DNA of 41,394 nucleotides from a virus: IMG/VR virus record IMGVR_UViG_3300045988_021887, positions 1 to 41,394 of that record; one strand, 5' to 3'. Shown piece by piece: positions 38,625 to 41,394 of this stretch (position 1 is its first letter; each line of letters starts with the position of its first letter). The notes under the pieces were generated by a model. It saw only the letters and a program-made list of their open reading frames with translations, ran no database searches and was not told where the DNA came from. The position numbers and the translations under genes were made by a program.

Positions 38625-38747
38625 GTGATTGACAAGAAAATGTATGAAACTATCGGTTATCAAGCTGGTAGAGTTGAAATGCTAGGGCATTTTGAGGGAA
38701 CACAATTTAAAGGCGGTAGTGTACTTTATACAGTAAAGGCATGGTGA
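38625..38747 (+). CDS. Short ORF in the same frame as 38169..38600 (possible readthrough extension or separate 40-aa ORF)
   Basis: A single TAA (38598..38600) separates it from the upstream ORF. The frame stays open from 38601 to the TGA at 38745..38747. Confidence 0.25.
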   Translation: MIDKKMYETIGYQAGRVEMLGHFEGTQFKGGSVLYTVKAW

Positions 38748-38799
38748 TCTAATCTATCTCCGAGTTGCACGGCTTGCAACAACAGTTGTATATGAAATT

Positions 38800-38830
38800 G
38801 AGGGTAGCGTAATTGCTACCCTCTTTTTTT
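38800..38830 (+). terminator. Intrinsic terminator ending the late operon
   Basis: GAGGGTAGC-GTAATT-GCTACCCTC followed by T7. Confidence 0.8.
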
Positions 38831-38835
38831 ATTGC

Positions 38836-39058
38836 CGTCAAAAATTCGTCAAAAACTGATTTTGAAATATGATATTTTCTGTAAATGGTTTTAATAAACC
38901 ACAATATAAAACTTTGATTATTACAACGTATTTTGAAATTTAAAATAAAATCAAGAGATATAACCTTTTATGATCGTTAAAGATGTAAGTGTAAATAAGT
39001 GCTTATTTACTGTGTATTTTATGTGTAGTAACATCAATTCGTCAAAAATCGTCAAAAA
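38836..39058. other. Candidate attP region bounded by paired CGTCAAAAA repeats
   Basis: CGTCAAAAA at 38836, 38847, 39040 and 39050, all in the same orientation, flank about 185 bp of AT-rich DNA directly upstream of the integrase gene end. Confidence 0.45.
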
Positions 39059-39060
39059 AA

Positions 39061-40131
39061 TTATTCAAAAATTTTAGCAACTGCATTTGATGCTGCTGCT
39101 TTCATTTCGTCATTGTAATGTGCATAGGTTTTCATAACCATTTGTGGTGTATCACCAAGTAGTGATGATACAGTTTTCACATCAAGTCCATTTGATAATA
39201 GCTTTGTAGCATAAGTGTGTCTTAGGTTATGTGCAGAAAGGTTATCTCCAAAGCGTTTTAAGTAAGTGTTTATTTGCCATTTAACACCATTTTTCTTATA
39301 TGGGTTCAAAACTAAACCATATTCATATTCTAATTCATGAGATTTATACTCTATAAGTATATTTTCTAATATAGGTGGAATTGGCAAAATTCGCACCGAA
39401 TTGGCAGTTTTAGTTTTCTCAAAGGTGATAACACCTTTACGGAAAGAAAGTTGCTTGTTTACGTGAATTTGGCGATTTTCTAGGGATATATCATTCCAAG
39501 TTAAACCATACACCTCACTAAACCTCATGCCAGTATATCGTGCTATTTGTAAAAAGTAATATGCTTGTGGATATTTTTCCCTCATGTACTTGGCGAATTG
39601 GTTTAAATCTTCATCAGAGATTGTATGGATCATACTCTTTCGTTCGATGCGTGGCAACCTAACACCATCACATGGGTTATCTGAAACAATCTTATATGGG
39701 TTAATGGCAATATAAAATATCCTTTCTACAACCTTATAATACGAATTAATGGTAGTAGGTGATGTAGCCATTTTGTTTATTGCGTTCTGAATATGTAGAG
39801 GCTTAACATCTGACAACTTCATATCGTGAATTGACTTGAAAGCACACACGGCATGGCGATACATAACTAATGTATTATGCGTAACGTGTGCCTTTTTTAT
39901 TTCAAGGAACATATCCGCAAATTCCCTGAAAGTTAATTCTTTCAAGGTTACATCTTTGGTAAGTAAGGCGGTTTTGTCTAACTCTTTAACTATAACGTGT
40001 CCGTATTCCTTAGCCTCACGTTTGGTTTTAAAACCTTGCTTAGACTTTTGTTTCCATTTATAGCCGTCTTTGTAAGCTACAATGATTTGAAAGCCTTTGT
40101 CTTTTTTACGTATTGTAAAGTTGTATTGCAT
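39061..40131 (-). CDS. int: Tyrosine integrase
   Basis: N-terminal SAM-like domain and catalytic region ...ARYTGMRFSEV...HNLRHTYATKLL...LGDTPQMVMKTYAHY. ATG after GTGAGGT (the ORF track has GTG at 40143). Confidence 0.9.
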   Translation of the reverse strand: MQYNFTIRKKDKGFQIIVAYKDGYKWKQKSKQGFKTKREAKEYGHVIVKELDKTALLTKDVTLKELTFREFADMFLEIKKAHVTHNTLVMYRHAVCAFKSIHDMKLSDVKPLHIQNAINKMATSPTTINSYYKVVERIFYIAINPYKIVSDNPCDGVRLPRIERKSMIHTISDEDLNQFAKYMREKYPQAYYFLQIARYTGMRFSEVYGLTWNDISLENRQIHVNKQLSFRKGVITFEKTKTANSVRILPIPPILENILIEYKSHELEYEYGLVLNPYKKNGVKWQINTYLKRFGDNLSAHNLRHTYATKLLSNGLDVKTVSSLLGDTPQMVMKTYAHYNDEMKAAASNAVAKIFE

Positions 40132-40139
40132 AATGTACC

Positions 40140-40397
40140 TCACAATATATGCGTGTAGAAGTTTATTCCATCAAACTCAATTTCCCTTGCATGCGCCATT
40201 CGTTCTAACAAATCAATATGAGCATGGCTGAACATATCATCATTTAATATATGACCTATCTCATGTAATATACCTTTTCGTTGTACATCAATAGGTTTAT
40301 CACGATTAACGAGAATGGTGTAAGTTCCATCGTCATTTAAAGTAAGTACTGCATTTTGAGTTGGTCTTAACTTAGTGTAAATCAAAACTATATTCAT
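40140..40397 (-). CDS. Minimal ImmA/IrrE-like HExxH metalloprotease-motif protein
   Basis: 85 aa from the ATG 9 nt after AAGGGGG. Motif GILHEIGHILND. Lies in the lysogeny module between int and the repressor. Confidence 0.55.
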   Translation of the reverse strand: MNIVLIYTKLRPTQNAVLTLNDDGTYTILVNRDKPIDVQRKGILHEIGHILNDDMFSHAHIDLLERMAHAREIEFDGINFYTHIL

Positions 40398-40464
40398 AAT
40401 ACTTAACCCCCTTATGTGAGTATTGTATCTCATGAAATGGGAATGAAATTACACATGTTATATG

Positions 40465-40932
40465 TTAGTGTATTCTATAAAACCAAGGCTTGTATTTCTT
40501 TGATAATAAATCATAAGCGTATTTACTTGCTAAATTCCCATGATATTTGGTTTTAAGATGCATAAATAAAACTAACTGAGGGTCAAAAGGATAAATATCA
40601 GCAACCATTTCTAATTTCTTTAACTCTAAATCGCTTATTTTGTGATTTTTAAGTACTTCTTTATAAAGCAAACGACCACCATTTATATCTATTTCTTTCA
40701 TAATAAAGTCGCAAATTGTAATATCGTTATCAAATAGGCTCATAGCATAAATATATGTAGCCATATATTCATCTGGGGTTTCATTTCGCATTTTTGTTGT
40801 TTCACATTCGGAATGCCAAATAGAACTAAATTTCTTAAATCCAATCTGGTCATGAAAGCTTGTTGAGTTAGTCAAAATATAAAATGCGATGATGATAACT
40901 ATTAACAATATAACAAGTGCAAATATAACCAT
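40465..40932 (-). CDS. Membrane-anchored protein, candidate superinfection-exclusion factor
   Basis: 155 aa with N-terminal TM helix VIFALVILLIVIIIAFYIL. Starts 1 nt after the repressor stop, so it is presumably co-transcribed in the lysogen. Confidence 0.5.
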   Translation of the reverse strand: MVIFALVILLIVIIIAFYILTNSTSFHDQIGFKKFSSIWHSECETTKMRNETPDEYMATYIYAMSLFDNDITICDFIMKEIDINGGRLLYKEVLKNHKISDLELKKLEMVADIYPFDPQLVLFMHLKTKYHGNLASKYAYDLLSKKYKPWFYRIH

Positions 40933-40933
40933 A

Positions 40934-41323
40934 TTATTTACCCTCTCTTTTCTTTAACATTTCAATAGTATTAATTACAAAATCAATATCATCTTTTGAC
41001 ATGTCTTTACTAGCATCGAATAGTATGCGTAAATTTGGATTATCTTTAATCGCTTGTGCGTATTCAGTTACAGATGGATCATTATAATATGGTTGGTTAT
41101 CAGAGTATTTGTTTTCGATTAAGTCCGCTTTATTTACTCTAAAGTAATTAGCTAGTCTTTCAATCTTATCAATGCGTGGATAGTTATCACCATTCAACCA
41201 ACTGGCAAGCGTTGTATAAGATATATTGTTATCATTGGCTACTTCGTTTCTAGTCTTTTTATATAAATTCATATAATATCTTAGGTTTTTAGCGAATATT
41301 TCTTTATTTCCTAAATCACTCAT
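40934..41323 (-). CDS. cI-like XRE-family repressor (no S24 peptidase domain)
   Basis: 129 aa. HTH FAKNLRYYMNLYKKTRNEVANDNNISYTTLASWLNG. Divergent from the cro-like gene. Confidence 0.8.
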   Translation of the reverse strand: MSDLGNKEIFAKNLRYYMNLYKKTRNEVANDNNISYTTLASWLNGDNYPRIDKIERLANYFRVNKADLIENKYSDNQPYYNDPSVTEYAQAIKDNPNLRILFDASKDMSKDDIDFVINTIEMLKKREGK

Positions 41324-41339
41324 TGTTTTTACCTCACTG

Positions 41340-41394
41340 TGATTTTTAAAATTTTTATTTACTATCTATATCATATATTTAAACTGTAAAAAAA
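41340..41394. repeat. Second copy of the 55-nt terminal direct repeat
   Basis: Identical to 1..55. Confidence 0.9.

Larger units (their letters stand above)
1..41394. mobile_element. Complete temperate phage genome (podovirus-type virion module), circularly closed contig
   Basis: Identical 55-nt ends. The contig holds a full set of lysogeny, replication, packaging, head, tail, lysis and integration modules with no flanking host genes. Confidence 0.85.

Overview
The window is one complete temperate phage genome of about 41.3 kb. The first 55 nt (1..55) are identical to the last 55 nt (41340..41394), so this is a circularly closed contig. Strong GGAGG/GAGGTG Shine-Dalgarno sites, frequent GTG/TTG starts and the gene families present suggest a low-GC Gram-positive-type host such as a streptococcus; this is inference only.

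Modules in order:
1. Genetic switch: divergent cro-like and cI-like XRE genes, with 17-bp palindromic operators.
2. Recombination and replication: Gp157, Erf, an HNH pair, a replisome organizer carrying internal 11-bp iterons, a G39P-like loader and SSB.
3. Accessory early region: three DNA methyltransferase genes (two broken exactly at homopolymer tracts), an SPFH-like membrane protein, a resolvase-like nuclease, dUTPase and many small ORFs.
4. An ArpU/RinA-like late regulator, followed by an unusual non-coding leader of about 0.85 kb containing repeats, two intrinsic terminators and a 23-bp inverted repeat.
5. terS and terL.
6. A podovirus morphogenesis block colinear with T7 genes 8 to 17. 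It includes an NlpC/P60-bearing internal protein and a 2714-aa polyvalent ejection protein.
7. Lysis cassette, candidate attP, tyrosine integrase, a minimal ImmA-like HExxH protein, a membrane-anchored exclusion candidate and the repressor.

The most interesting signal is an AT-rich cassette of about 1.5 kb inside the giant ejection-protein gene. It appears to encode a toxin-type (PBECR-like) nuclease module and a PARP-like ADP-ribosyltransferase module, next to a zincin HEMGH module. I saw no tRNA, rRNA, CRISPR array, transposase or reverse transcriptase. All family assignments rest on motif recognition by eye and need profile or structure searches.
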